Positions 27,076 to 41,758 of a stretch of DNA of 64,000 nucleotides are shown here, one piece after another. The DNA is from Octopus sinensis (lineage: Eukaryota): the NCBI RefSeq assembly GCF_006345805.1, contig NC_042998.1:168144001-168208000 (forward strand), in the 5' to 3' direction. How positions within the stretch are numbered: the first letter of the stretch is position 1; every line of letters starts with the position of its first letter. Position numbers and translations under genes: made by a program. Under the pieces are notes generated by a model, which did no database searches, was not told the origin of the DNA, and saw nothing but the letters and a program-made list of their open reading frames with translations.

Positions 27076-27424
27076 GTACAAACACAAACGCGCGCGCGCA
27101 CACACATACAGGAGTGTATTCCTTCATATATATATGAAGGAATACCAAAAATAGGAGAAGAGCGCAAAACATCCAGACAGCTGATACAAAAAAAAAAAGG
27201 ACGGGTCATTCGGAGTTTTCTCTCATCAGTCGAGTTCCAGATTATCTTTGCAATTTCGGCTAGGAACACGACCGGTCCTTGTTTTTATTTATTATTTTTT
27301 TTGTATCCTCTGTCTGAATGTCTTGTCTCTTCTTTTTATCATCTGTCTGGATGTTTTGCGTTCTTTTCCCATTTTTGGTATTCGTTTTTATACAAATATA
27401 ACTGCGTACGTACACTTTGGTCTC

Positions 27425-27459
<35 letters not shown>

Positions 27460-27474
27460 TCATACCTCATCCTG

Positions 27475-29732
<2,258 letters not shown>

Positions 29733-30825
29733 CATATATACGACGGGCTTCTTTCAGTTTCCGTCTACAAAATAAGTATGAAACTAAAAAATAAAGAAGT
29801 AAAAATGTACCGGGATCAATTTGCTCGAAAAAACCTTCAAGATGTTGTCTCAACATGGCCACACTCCATTGGCTGAAATCAATGATAAAAAATACACGCA
29901 GACACACAGACACACACACACACACATACACTTATAATGGTAACGATGTCAAACAGTACATTCACATATCCTTGCCTCTGAGTGCAGCATTAATATAAGT
30001 TATGAGAAAATATACATATCTCATTCTTAACATCACATTCCACTCCATCGCTTGCTGTACACCCGTCCTTCATAGAGATTATTAAAAAAGATGATTATTA
30101 AAGAAAACAAAAAGCAGAAGAAAAAAATTAATAAGATAAAGAAGGAAAATTTGGCAGAAAATATAACCTGATACAGGAGATTAGGAAAATAAAATGAACC
30201 GACAGACATAAGGAATTCAAACCCAGCCCATCGACAAAAGTAAAAGCTTTGCGAAAATTAAAGCATTTATCCTTTTCTTCTCCATCCCACCTCCAGCAAG
30301 GGGGTTTAGTAGATTTGCTAATGAACCTGTATTCGACTTGTCAAAAACATTATGAATAACATAGCTTATTAAAACACCTAGCGTATTTTATTGTGCCAAT
30401 GTTGAAGGTATTGTTGTTGTTGTTGCTGCTGTTGTTGTTGTCGTCGTCATCGTCATCTTCGTCGAAGTTGTTGCTTTGAGGTTTAGGCTCCAGGGCAACT
30501 CCAGCCGAGCACACCTATAAGCAATTGTAATCAAAACCAGTCGAGACCACCCTGATATTTAGAAGTATTTAGGACTATACTTTTTATGTAGTGTTCCCTC
30601 CACCCAATATTTATTCTATGGCGACAAACATGCGATTTCAGAAATGAGAAAATGTATTCCAGCCGTGACTATCCCATCTTTTTAGGGATATATGAGGACT
30701 ATATGTATAAAACGTGTCAGTCTATATTTTTGAAGCAATGGGAGTGTGAATTGAACTGAGTCAAAACATTCAAGCTTTGACTGTTTCGTATTTTTAAGGG
30801 CCTTTAGGATTTTATTTATACTCCA

Positions 30826-31229
30826 TACTCTTTTACTTGTTTCAGTCATTTGATTGTGGCCATGCTGGAACACCGCCTTTAGTCTAGCAAATCGACCCCA
30901 GAGCTTATTCTTTGTAAACCTAGTACTTATTCTATCGGTCTCTTTTCCCGAACCTCAAAGTTACGGTGACGTAAACGCACCAGCATCGGTTGTCAAGCGA
31001 TGTTGGGACAAACACAGACACACAAATACATATTCATACGTACGTATGTATATACATAAATATATACGACAAGCTTCTTTCAGTTTCCATCTACCAAATT
31101 CGTACACAAGGCTTTGGTCGGCCCGAGGCTATAGTAGAAGACACTTGCCCAAGGTGCCACGCAGTGGGACTGAACCCGGAACCATGTGGCTGGTAAGCAA
31201 ACTACTTGCGACACAGCCACTCCTACGCC
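30826..31229 (-). mobile_element. SINE family B, full length
   Basis: GGCGTAGGAGTGGCTGTGT head to GTAAAAGAGTA tail. Confidence 0.9.
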
Positions 31230-31699
31230 TGTAATATATTCACATAAAAAAAGCGATGGAAGTGTAATTTGAGAAAGATCTGGCTGCTATTGTTAATAGA
31301 CCAAGCGACTATGCAAAGGCTACTTCATAGGGTCGTTTGTGACCATCTTAATGTTGGTAGTTTATCTTTATTTTTTGGTTATCTTTTTGACCATATTGAT
31401 AATAAGATCGAAATAAATGCCCGTTCAAACCAACCAAGTCATGAGAATCACTCAACCCTCTAGAAATAGCACCCAAATATCTCTCAAATTACCCATAACT
31501 TCTTTGAAAAAGTACTCAATGAATAATGTAATCCAAGGTATCTAAAAAAATGGGACGGTCGTGGTTGGAATACCTCTTGCTCATAAATCTGCTTGATCCT
31601 TGTTCAGAGCTGAGCTGATGCTTAGTAATAAGAACAACGAGAACAACAATATTAATACCAATGATGCAATGAGAATAACTTACCGTGCAAGAGACGGCG

Positions 31700-31870
31700 G
31701 CTAACTATTCCTTATTTCAAGCCCTACCGCCTTAAAAATGCGAAGAACATGTTGGACAACGGACAATGTGACTCTAAATATGCAAGAGAGCGTGGTCATG
31801 ACTGAAATATCTTGATCGTATGTTAGGTGAATCAGAGCTGGCTTGGAGCTAAAGAACCACAATAATGCAA
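31700..31870 (+). mobile_element. Degraded repeat family E (ends GG(G/A)GCTAAA-(AAC)n)
   Basis: Similar fragments recur at about 30490-30600 (minus), 31460-31620, 32290-32400, 32460-32640 and 36850-36970. Confidence 0.5.
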
Positions 31871-32685
31871 ATGCCATTATCATTTACTGTCTCACCCAAA
31901 TCAACATCATAGTTCCAATTTGGGTAAAATTGCAATTGTTTTAACACCACCAGCGTTAATGATAGTCGCCACTTCAACCAACATCGTAGTCAACATTTGC
32001 AACGTCATAATCGTCTTCACCATCACAACAGCCACAGGAATTATTTCAGTCAATATGATCACCGTTTTTAGCTTAGCCGTCCAGCCAGGCAGTGCAGGTT
32101 TGCCAAATTTATCTCATAAAATATAGCACAAAATATATAAATAATGTTGTTTCAATTGCATGTGACGAGTTGTCATACTAAAAAGTAGCATGAAGATCTA
32201 AAATGTAACTCAATCGGCTACAGCAGTCCAATCTGGCCAGCCTGAGCGATAGAACCTTTTAGCTTTTAGCGGTCGCTCGATTAGATAGAAATAAAACAGC
32301 AGCTAAATCTCTTGCAAATCGTATTACTGTACCTACCTAAACATGAATTGATACGATAAACTATGAAGTCTTAGATATCATTCAGGAGCCGAGTAGTCGA
32401 AACATCTTGAGGCGAAACATCACCTGAGTTAATGAGGAAGACTGTATGTGGTTACTCCACTTGCTAGAAAGAACAGTGAAATCTCTCTCAAATGACCCTT
32501 CGCTCTATTATGGGAGGGCGATGAAAATGAAATCCTAGAGACATTATTCCTGAATACAATACGAAGCAGAGATGTGGAAGAGAAAACAAAATTTTGATCA
32601 CAAGTTTGCTCAATCAATATTAACCTGGGCTAAACAACAACTTCTGATATTATCTAACCCTCATTACTGCCAACAACAGAAGTGT

Positions 32686-32870
32686 GGAGGCGCAATGGCC
32701 CAGTGGTTAGGGCAGCGGACTCGCAATCGTAAGAACGCGATTTCAATTCCCAGATCGGGCATTGTGAGTCTTTATTGGACAAAAACACCTAAGCTCCACG
32801 AGGCTCCGTCGGGGATGAAACCCGCTGTACTCTTTCACCACAACTTTCTCTCACTCTTTCTTCCTACGTC
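32686..32870 (+). mobile_element. tRNA-headed SINE family D, 3'-truncated
   Basis: GGAGGCGCAATGGCCCAGTGGTTAGGGCAGCGGACTC head; matches 58868-59155. Confidence 0.8.
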
Positions 32871-33339
32871 TGCCACAAAGCAGAGGAACCATGGTGTAAC
32901 CTACTATGGTGTGGTAAACTTTCAGACCCTAGTCTAGATTGCGAATCCTCTGCACCCCAGGATGGTTCAGCTCTTCACCCGTTAAAATCCACCGTTTACG
33001 GAATGAGGATAACAACGTAGCTTTCGCGCCTGTGCAACCGCCAGTCTATCGCGTGTGGTGGGTGGATCTTCAAGTTTCCACATACATTATTAGTAGCTTA
33101 GAGTAGGATCGAATTAGAGATTATTCTTTGTGACTAATGGTGTGAGTCCTGATTGGAAGAAGAAGAAGAAGAAGAAGAAGAAGAAGAAGAAGAAAGAAGA
33201 AGAAGAAGACAACAGCAGTCACAATATCACCATATCACATATAGACATAGCAGCCAAAAAACCGTCAGATCACACCCTGACATTTCAAAAAAATGTGGGA
33301 GAGTGACATTGGCTGATGAAGTCTTAGATAAGCAATTTT

Positions 33340-33653
33340 TTATCTTTTATTCGCTATCATTAGACTGCGATGATGCTGGGGAACCAGCGTGAAGAATTTT
33401 AGTCAAACGAATCGACCCCAGTACTTTCTCTATCGCTCTCAAGTATTATTCTATCGATCACTTTTGAATAATACCAGGTAATTATCCTATCGTTCTCGTT
33501 TGCCGAACTGCCAAGTTACGGGGACGTAAACACACCAACAGAGGTTATCAAGCATTGTGAGTCTTTATTGGGCAAAATCACCTAAGCTCCACGAGGCTCC
33601 GTCAGGGGTGAAACCCGCTGTACTCTTTCACCACGCTTACACACACACAAACA

Positions 33654-33710
<57 letters not shown>

Positions 33711-33892
33711 ACACACTCACACACATACGATAGGCTTCTTTCAGTTTCCGTCGATCAAATCCACTCACAAGTCTTTGGTCGACCCGAGGCTATAGTAGAA
33801 GACACTTGTCCAAGTGTCGCGCACTGGGACTGAACATGGAGCCATGTGGTCGGGAAGTAAACGTCTTACCACTCAACCATGCCCCTGCGCCT
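33340..33892 (-). mobile_element. SINE family B with an 83-bp SINE D insert
   Basis: Family B tail and head on the minus strand, interrupted at 33552-33634. Confidence 0.8.
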
Positions 33893-34549
33893 ATGCCCAA
33901 CAAAAATACCAGATGGTCATAACAAGAACTTTTTTTAATCATTAAGTCTTTTGATTCAAATCTAACCTAGGTTAAGCAACAACATACCCCAATCACATTT
34001 TCAAGGTTAATATCAGGACCGGCAACTCTTACCCTTCCCTAACTCCAACTTTTCCAACCGGTTTCATGCCATGATGTTTGGTGCTTTTATTTCTATATTC
34101 TGTAGGTTCTGTTTTCCATCTCACTGTCACATACAACCTTTAATGCATCTCTAATGACTTCCTTACCAGTCTCGCCCTCCTTTCTCACTCACCCCCTCTC
34201 GTACTCTGTACACATATGGCATAAGATAATACACATGTACACATACAAGTATACGTTGGTTATTATATGCACTCCCATATAGTTGTGTATATGCACATAA
34301 CGCCGAAGGCAGTGACTGACACGGATAACATATAAACATACAAACATACATACATGCATACATACATGCATCAACATATATTTGTATGCAGGTGTATGTA
34401 TGTGTTTACGTATATTTGTATACACACACACACATGTATATATATATATATATATATATATACAGAGAGAGAGAGAGCGAGGAGAGAGATTCACATGCAC
34501 ACACATATGCACAACTATATATGTATGTATGTGTAGTTGTATATTTACA

Positions 34550-34745
34550 TATACACATATGTATGTACGTATGTATGTACGTACGTACGTACGTACGTAT
34601 GTATGTATGTATGTATGTATGTATGTATGTATGTATGTATGTATGTATGTATGTACGTATGTATGTACGTACGTACGTACGTATGTATGTATGTATGTAT
34701 GTATGTATGTATGTATGTATGTATGTATGTATGTATGTATGTATT
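34550..34745. repeat. (TATG)n/(TACG)n tetranucleotide array
   Basis: Seen directly. Confidence 0.95.
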
Positions 34746-35292
34746 GAAGCGAGAGAACAGCCAGGAGAATTTGAAAGTAGGAGATAGGCGTCAGATAGAC
34801 AGACATGCAAAGAGAGAATGAGGAATAGAGTGACAGTGAGTGATAGTGAGGAGGTCTATTAAACGCCTTTGGCATCCTGCGTACACTAGGTTATTAGAAA
34901 TGAGGTTGTTGCACGCAATAACCTCTCGTCTGTTGTTGGCACGTGGCATTTGAAACGCTTGTTTTCCCTCAATTCGCTTCATGTTATTTTGGCATCCCCC
35001 TTTTTTTTATTACTATCACCATCATCACCAGTACATTCTTTGCCGTCAACATGGCAATTATTATGGGCCAAACCGTCGTAACCAACTTTTCTAGTCCTCT
35101 GGCTTCCAGAAAATAATATTTATAATAAAAAAAGCAAAATATTACGTATGTTGGTGTGTTTAGTTGAAGTGCTTTGACCGAAATATTTGATATTTCGTTT
35201 CATTATGATACAAACTAACATAACTTTGCCTTTTGTCTTTCAACAAATTGAATTTTTTAAAATTTTCTTTAAAGCGCAGGCGTGGCTTCATA

Positions 35293-35662
35293 GGCGCAGG
35301 AGTGGCTGTGTGGTAAGAAGCTTGCTTACCAACCACATGGTTCTGTGTTCAGTCCCACTGCATGGAATCTTGGGCAAGTGTTTTCTACTGCAGTGCCGGG
35401 TCGACCAAAGCCTTGTGAATAGATTTGGTAGATGGAAACTGAAAAAAGCCCGTTGTGTGTGTGTGTCCTCCCACCATTGCTTGATAACTAGTGTTGGTTT
35501 ATTTACGGTCCCGTAACTTAGCTGTTTGGTAACGATATCGAAAGAATAAGCAACATGCTTAAAAAATGTACAGGGGGCGATTCCTTCGACTAAAAGTACC
35601 TTGAGATGGTCCCCAAGCATGAGTACAGTGTAATGACTGATGCAAGTAAAGGATAGAAAAGA
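35293..35662 (+). mobile_element. SINE family B
   Basis: GGCGCAGGAGTGGCTGTGTGGTAAG head to tail. Confidence 0.85.
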
Positions 35663-35733
35663 TGGTAAACCTTTATCCTTCTGATTACTCTGTCAAATGT
35701 AATGCTTAATCTGCAATGCTTTGAATTACACAT

Positions 35734-36112
35734 AGTAACTTACTTGTACTTGTGGCGACATTCACCCTGGGCGGGTTGAGTCGACTTCTTCTACCACCCT
35801 CGAGGCACCGAAGAAGTTTCGTGGGAATGTGTGGATTTTACAAGCGGTCCCCAACAAAGACATCCTGTGTGCCGCAAATTGTCCGCAGACGCAGGGGCAG
35901 AACGACCGAGGAGCCGCCGGTTGCCGAAACAGACACTCTGAGGATTTTCACCAGAACCCCGTCTGCCAGGTTGTGGCCCTAATACCACTCGGTGTCAGAC
36001 CAATCCGCCTTGGGTGGCCCTACCAGGAACCGAAGTTCCCGACGGCATAGCTCTGACACTACCCGTTGCCGGCGTCCCCATCACGGTGAGGAGGGGATGG
36101 ACTTTGGGGACG
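35734..36112. mobile_element. GC-rich retroposed insert with a 14-bp TSD (RTE 5'UTR-like)
   Basis: TTTGAATTACACAT at 35720-35733 and 36113-36126; contains CCCTACCAGG...TCCCGACGGCATAGCTC, which I recall from RTE-clade 5'UTRs (not searched). Confidence 0.6.
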
Positions 36113-36512
36113 TTTGAATTACACATGCTTTGTCTTATAGCGTTGATATTTCAATAATGTGACTGTTTATTTTAGAATGACATTGTATGGTAAGTGGATC
36201 TGGCCGGTTTGAACGTAAAACAATAAGAATACGTAGGCTTGTATATGGCTAGCTTAAAAGCTGATGGGTTTGGTACTTTGCTTTTTCTTTCGTGAGTCTC
36301 TGGTAATTGTAGCAAGATTTTCCTTTTACCATCTAAAAGTTGTATTTCAGTCCATTAAGATTTTTTTTGCGTACATTATTCAATTCATAGTACCTTAACT
36401 GAATTAGTTTTTAACTTTTTGAGAACCATCGTGACAGCTAAACTTTACGAGATCATTCGATATACAATAGACAACTCCCAAATTCCCTCAAATCACATCC
36501 TAGGGTAAAAAG

Positions 36513-36847
36513 ATAAAGACTCCCTTCGGTCACGAATGACCATGAGATTGCACCTAGAAAGTTATCCTCCGGGGCACAAGTGCGGGCAAGGTTGTATATG
36601 GAAGACCAGCAGTCGCCCATGCATACCAGCCTCCCTTCTCCACGCCACTGATGTTATCCAAGGGAAAGGCAAAGGCTGATACATCTTGGCACTAGTGACA
36701 CTGCAACTCATTTCTACAGCTAAGTGAACTGGAGTGAACATGAAATAAAGTGTCTTGCTCAAGAACACAGCACACACCCCGGTCCGGGAATCGAACTCAC
36801 TACCTCATAATTGTGAGCCCAAAGCTCTAGCCACTGAGCCATACGCC
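36513..36847 (-). mobile_element. SINE family C, full length
   Basis: GGCGTATGGCTCAGTGGCTAGAGC...GAGTTCGATTCCCGG head. Confidence 0.85.
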
Positions 36848-37542
36848 TTCACCAAATCACATCCTACAATCTTAGAAAAGCGCACGCAGGATAATGCGGT
36901 TCGGGTCCGCAATGCAGACGATATGGTCACGGCTGAACTACCTTTGATAAAAGGTCCACTTGATCAGAATTCATCTGGCCTTGACAACTACTACATGTAC
37001 ACTTTGCTTTTTAGTGATGACTGCAAATGACACTTACGGGTGTGAATCCAGACAAAAAAGACTCTCAAGGAAAAGGTCACAAAAAATTTCACAGGAAAAA
37101 TATGAAATATGTCACAGAAAAGATGATAGGGGAGACCGGGTCTAGTTGTTAATTTTTTTTTTGCCTTGGCACCCACATAAATGAACACAGCTGAAGTTTC
37201 TTTTCAGATTTAATTAGTAAAACATCTCTATTTATTGTTATCACCAGCAAAAAACAGAAATTATATAATATTAATTAGACAGGTTCTAATTAATGAGGTG
37301 GTGTCAGCTGTAGCAATTTTCCTCGAGTGCGGGTACATTGTGACCTTTTCTGGGGTACTTTGTTACAACTATCGATAACTCGGAATTATGTTAACGAACA
37401 AGTTTAAAATGAATACGTCTCCCGCTTCTTACATTTAGGAAGTATTATTTTAATTAATTAACTGTGCTTTGAACCACCTAATATCCTAACTGTGATACTG
37501 AGAGTCCTCATCAGCCAATTTCCACATTGTTACATGTGCCAT

Positions 37543-38566
37543 CTAGTCGGAATCGTCCTCCATTAACTTCTCACCACACTGATCACAGAAAGTTCTGTCG
37601 TCCATCGGTACAGTCAATACGTGCCCAATCATTACAGATTATGCATTGCACCCATTCTTCACCTGGAAGGGAGTTGGAATACCAATCTGAGCAGACAAGG
37701 CATTTCCAATCGGCGACTTGCTTGCTGCGAGGCTGCTTCCCTTTGCCTTTACCTGTTTTAGATGACTCTTTCTCTTTATTGCCTTTTCTGTACCAGTTGT
37801 CTTCTTTGGTTTGGATTTCCGTTCGTTTATTTCATCCACTATGCGCTGTTTTACGGGGGTTAGGGTTAGAATGGCTGTTTGGCACCTCTTGCGACTTTCG
37901 CGACCTCGATCTGTCTTCCTGGGGGGAAGCTTTCCTTAATAGGTGCAACATCTCTGGGCTTGTAACAACACCAGCAGGAAAACTTGGACCTGATGTAGGC
38001 TGGTCTGTCGGACGGACTGGCCGTTCATTGACCTGGTCGCCTGGTTGAACGTCTGACTTGTCGTCTGGTTGCAAGTTAGGCTGGTTATCTGGCTGCGTGC
38101 CAGGTTGCATGTCAGGATGGTCGTCTGGCTGCACCTCAGACTGGTGTAAGGGATACCGGTAACTTCATATCTAATATAAGGCGGCGAGCTGGCAGAAACA
38201 TTAGCACGGCGGGCGAAGTGCGTAGCCGTATTTCGTCTGCCGTTACGTTCTGAGTTCAAATTCCGCCGAGGTCGACTTTGCCTTTCATCCTTTCGGGGTC
38301 GATAAATTAAGTACCAGTTACGCACTGGGGTCGATGTAATCGACTTAATCCATATGTCTGTCCTTGTTTGTCCCCTCTATGTTTAGCCCCTTGTGGGTAA
38401 TAAAGAAATAGGTAACTTCATATCTAATGAGCCTGAAACCTACCTCGAAATCTTTGGCAACATCTCGTAATGATTTCTTTTCATCCACGACTTTTCTGGC
38501 GGCTCTTTCCATGACATCAGGAGGGATATTCCCCCTTGTAGTCTTCCTTTTGTATTTTCTAGGCAT
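37543..38566 (-). pseudogene. pogo-like transposase remnant: N-terminal HTH_psq-like domain and C-terminal PHD-like finger, no DDE domain
   Basis: MPRKYKRKTTRG...SLRDVAKDFEV at 38566-38440; VTSPE...AILTLTPVK; CLVC...WVQCIIC..W.RIDC...CDQC at 37708-37576; frameshifts. Confidence 0.75.
38176..38410 (+). mobile_element. SINE family A with an 18-bp TSD
   Basis: GGTAACTTCATATCTAAT at 38158-38175 and 38411-38428. Confidence 0.95.
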
Positions 38567-39359
38567 GGAGTGTTAAACTAAATAGAAGGGGTAAGTTGTC
38601 ACATGCCTGGGGTAAGTTGATACAGTGTAACAATTAGCCCCGACCATGGATTTCTGGGGATTACCTCGTACACAGCACTAGCAAAGCATGGCATCCAGGA
38701 CACCTTTATGTATCGAAGGCAACTTCCAACGCTTCCTAATGAGCCACAAACCACTTCAGTAACACCACTTGTGCTTTAGTAGTTAAGGAAATAACTATGT
38801 GGCAAAATTTCACTTTTGGAGTAAAAAATCGTTTTTGAGCCATACCTTTCCTAGAAACAGCTCGCCAGTGCAATACACGTGTGCAGTCATGATGCTATGG
38901 AGTTGGCCTTCACGAGGTAGAGACCAGAGTGCCACCTAATTCTTGAAGTTGGAAACAATGGGCTTGTAACAACTTATCCGTGTAACAACTAGACCCAGTC
39001 TCCCCTATATACTAGCTACGAGGAAGCTTTAATAACTTGTGTGTTGGAAGCTTTAATAACTCGTACAAGGAAGCTTTAATAACTTGTGTGTTGCTCGATG
39101 AGACAACCACAAGACTCTGGCAGAGTTTTTCGTGTGGTTGCCTGAAATGTTCGTCTTAGTTATCAACATTAAAATTACTAAATGTATATGTAATGACACC
39201 ATACTATGTAAAATGTTTTCAGTCTAAGCATGTCATGTATTGACAATAAGTGACAAACTTAATTTTTGGGGTTTGATTCATTGTCTTGTGACTTTAAATA
39301 AACGGTTTCTTACTTTATTTATTTTTTATTTTTTCACATTTGTGTAATGCCATGATATA

Positions 39360-39735
39360 GGTGCAGCCACGGCTGTGTGGTAAGAAGCTTACATCCTAAC
39401 CATGTGGTTTCAAGTTCAGCTCCACCAAGTGGCACCTCGGGCAAGTATCTTTTGCTATAGCCCGGGCCTTGTGAGCGGATTTGGTTGACGAAAACTAAAA
39501 GTAACTCATTCTATACATGTGTGTTTGTGTATTCTTGTGTTTGCGTTTGTCTTCCTCCATCGCTTGACAACCGATGTTGGCTTGTTTACATCCCCGAAAA
39601 CTTCTATTCAGCAGACCGCTAGAATAAGTACCGTGCTTAAAAATAAATACTGGGGTAGATATTTTCGATTATACACTTCAAGGCGGTGCCCAAGCATGGC
39701 CGTACTCCAATGACTGAAGTAAGTAAAAGATAAAT
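39360..39735 (+). mobile_element. SINE family B, degraded
   Basis: Head, body and tail recognisable. Confidence 0.8.
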
Positions 39736-39834
39736 TCTATACACGGCATGTAATCTCAGTTAATAACTTTTTTTTATTACTTTAATGGCTAAAAGTATTA
39801 TAATGGCTTTTTCCTTGCTAAAATTGTAATTTTA

Positions 39835-40239
39835 CCTTTTACTTGTTTCAGTCGTTGGACTGCATCCATGCTGGGGCACCACCGCAAAGGGTTTCGTCGA
39901 AGAAACCGTTACTAGTACTTATGTTTTTAAGTCTAATATTCATTTTATCGATATCTTTTGCCAACACCTGTTGTCAAGCAGCGGTGGGGAAACAAACACA
40001 CACACACACACGCACACACACACACACTCACACACACACACACACATACACTCACACATACACACACATACACCACGGGCTTCTTTCAGTTTTCCACTCA
40101 CAAGGCTTTGGTCAGCCACTCACGAGGCTTTGGTCAGCCCAGGGCCTTTGTAGAAGACTTTTATCGCAGATGCTACACAGCAGGGTTGAGCCATGTGGTT
40201 GGGAATCAAACTTCTTACCACGCAGTCACGCCTGCACCT
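39835..40239 (-). mobile_element. SINE family B with internal (CA)n and a short tandem duplication
   Basis: CCACTCAC(A/G)AGGCTTTGGTCAG occurs twice in tandem. Confidence 0.8.
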
Positions 40240-41357
40240 GTACTATTTCTTTTTTTATTTCTTTTCACTTGGTCACCGGAGATGTAGACCGTAACTACAA
40301 GCCAATCAAACAACAGTAAAACTGTAATAATTTCTCCTTGCAATTTCGTGAAATATTAGAGTATGTCTAGTTGTTTAAATAAGTTGCTCAGTATGCAACG
40401 TAAAGCAAGACTCTAATCTTCATTACTCCACATCACTGTTTTCATTTAACAAATGAATATCTTCATATACAAGCACTTTCAATGCCAAACCAAAGCAAGT
40501 ATTGATATTGCTCAGACTTCCAGCATGCTTGACTGAGAAATTTAGTTTTAATGTGACTTCGTACATATTCTGTTCATTCTCTATTAGAAATTTTACTTTT
40601 GCAGATGTCGTTTTCTTGAAATATATTCGTTTAAGGTCTCGCTAATTTGTCGGTGCACTGCATTTGTTACACAGGAATTTTAAACAGGAATCAGCGTAGA
40701 AGTAGCGTAAATAATATCGTTTTGAAATTTGTACTTTGTTTCCAGTCTTTTTCATTATATATAACATCTATTTAGTTTTTCCACATTCCTACATTCCATC
40801 GCTTTCCATATACATAGAATAAATTCAATCCTTTATTTTTATATTTGAATAGTGAGTATAGTACATTAACTTCTCTGCGATCTATCATTTAACTCCTATT
40901 AACACCATCGGCAAATCAACCTCTTTTACTCCGAAAATCACGTATTTTCAACTCACTGCAGGAATGCCTTATTTGAACAATTCAAAATACTTTTAATTGC
41001 TGTAGCTTTGCCTACCAACAATATGGTCCCTGAACATATTTTTCCTTACAGTGGATGATTAAGATTTCTCTGAAGAATTTTATGTCGGACAACAAACCGA
41101 ACACAATTGCCAGAAATAGACGATGTGCCGAAAATCTTAACCACAATGCCGTTATGTAGTTTTTGTTACTGTAACGCATAACAGACGTTACTATCTTTCA
41201 CGCCTTGCACCTTTTTTATTATTTTTCTCACTTCACCAACACATTGAGAAATGGCTGTAAATTTGACTTATATAAAAACGCATAATGTTGCTTATATAGA
41301 AACTTTTGTCAGTTCTCATCATTTCTTGGCCGAAACTTGCTCATGCTGCTACAAAAT

Positions 41358-41758
41358 ATTCTTTTCTACTCTAGGCACAAGGCCCGAAATTTTAAGGGAA
41401 GGGGGCCAGTCGATTAGATCGACTCCAGTATGCAGCTAGTACTTAATTTATGGACCTCGAAAGGATGAAAGGCAAAGTCGCCGTCGGCGGAATTTGAATT
41501 CAGAACATGAAGACAGACGAAATGCCTGTCTTTACTACCCACAAGGGGCTAAACATAGAGGGGACAAACAAGGACAGACAAACGGATTAAATCGATTACA
41601 TCGACCCCAGTGCGTAATTGGTACTTATTTAATCGACCCTGAAAGGATGAAAGGCAAAGTCAACCTCGACGGAATTTGAACTCAGAAAGTAAAGACAGAC
41701 GAAATGCCGCTAAGCATTTCGCCCGGCGTGCTAACGTTTCTGCCAGCTCGCCGCCCTT
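41358..41758 (-). mobile_element. SINE A + A' dimer bracketed by a single 17-bp TSD
   Basis: TCATGCTGCTACAAAAT at 41341-41357 and 41759-41775. Confidence 0.85.

Larger units (their letters stand above)
37129..39005 (-). mobile_element. Internally deleted Tc1/mariner-superfamily (pogo-like) DNA transposon
   Basis: 23-bp TIRs GGGGAGAC(C/T)GGGTCTAGTTGTTA with one mismatch; TA on both flanks; subterminal GGGGTAAGTTGT-like repeats; transposase remnants inside. Confidence 0.85.

Noticed and set aside
27199-27237. Minus-strand CUGAUGA-GAG-AAAA-CUC-CGAAU
   Set aside because: Extra C, U at position 15.1, and no helix I or III.
35755-35830. Minus-strand GAAA-CUUCUUC...GAAGAAG-UC resembling hammerhead helix III; also a possible HDV-like fold
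   Set aside because: No CUGANGA in a compatible position, and the L3/P1.1 requirements of HDV are not met.
37893-37912. Two TTAGGG units
   Set aside because: Lie within the transposase remnant (ILTLTP codons); too short for a telomeric array.
39015-39090. Spaced direct repeats as a CRISPR-like array (likewise other short repeats)
   Set aside because: Spacers are short and related to each other; eukaryotic context with no cas genes.
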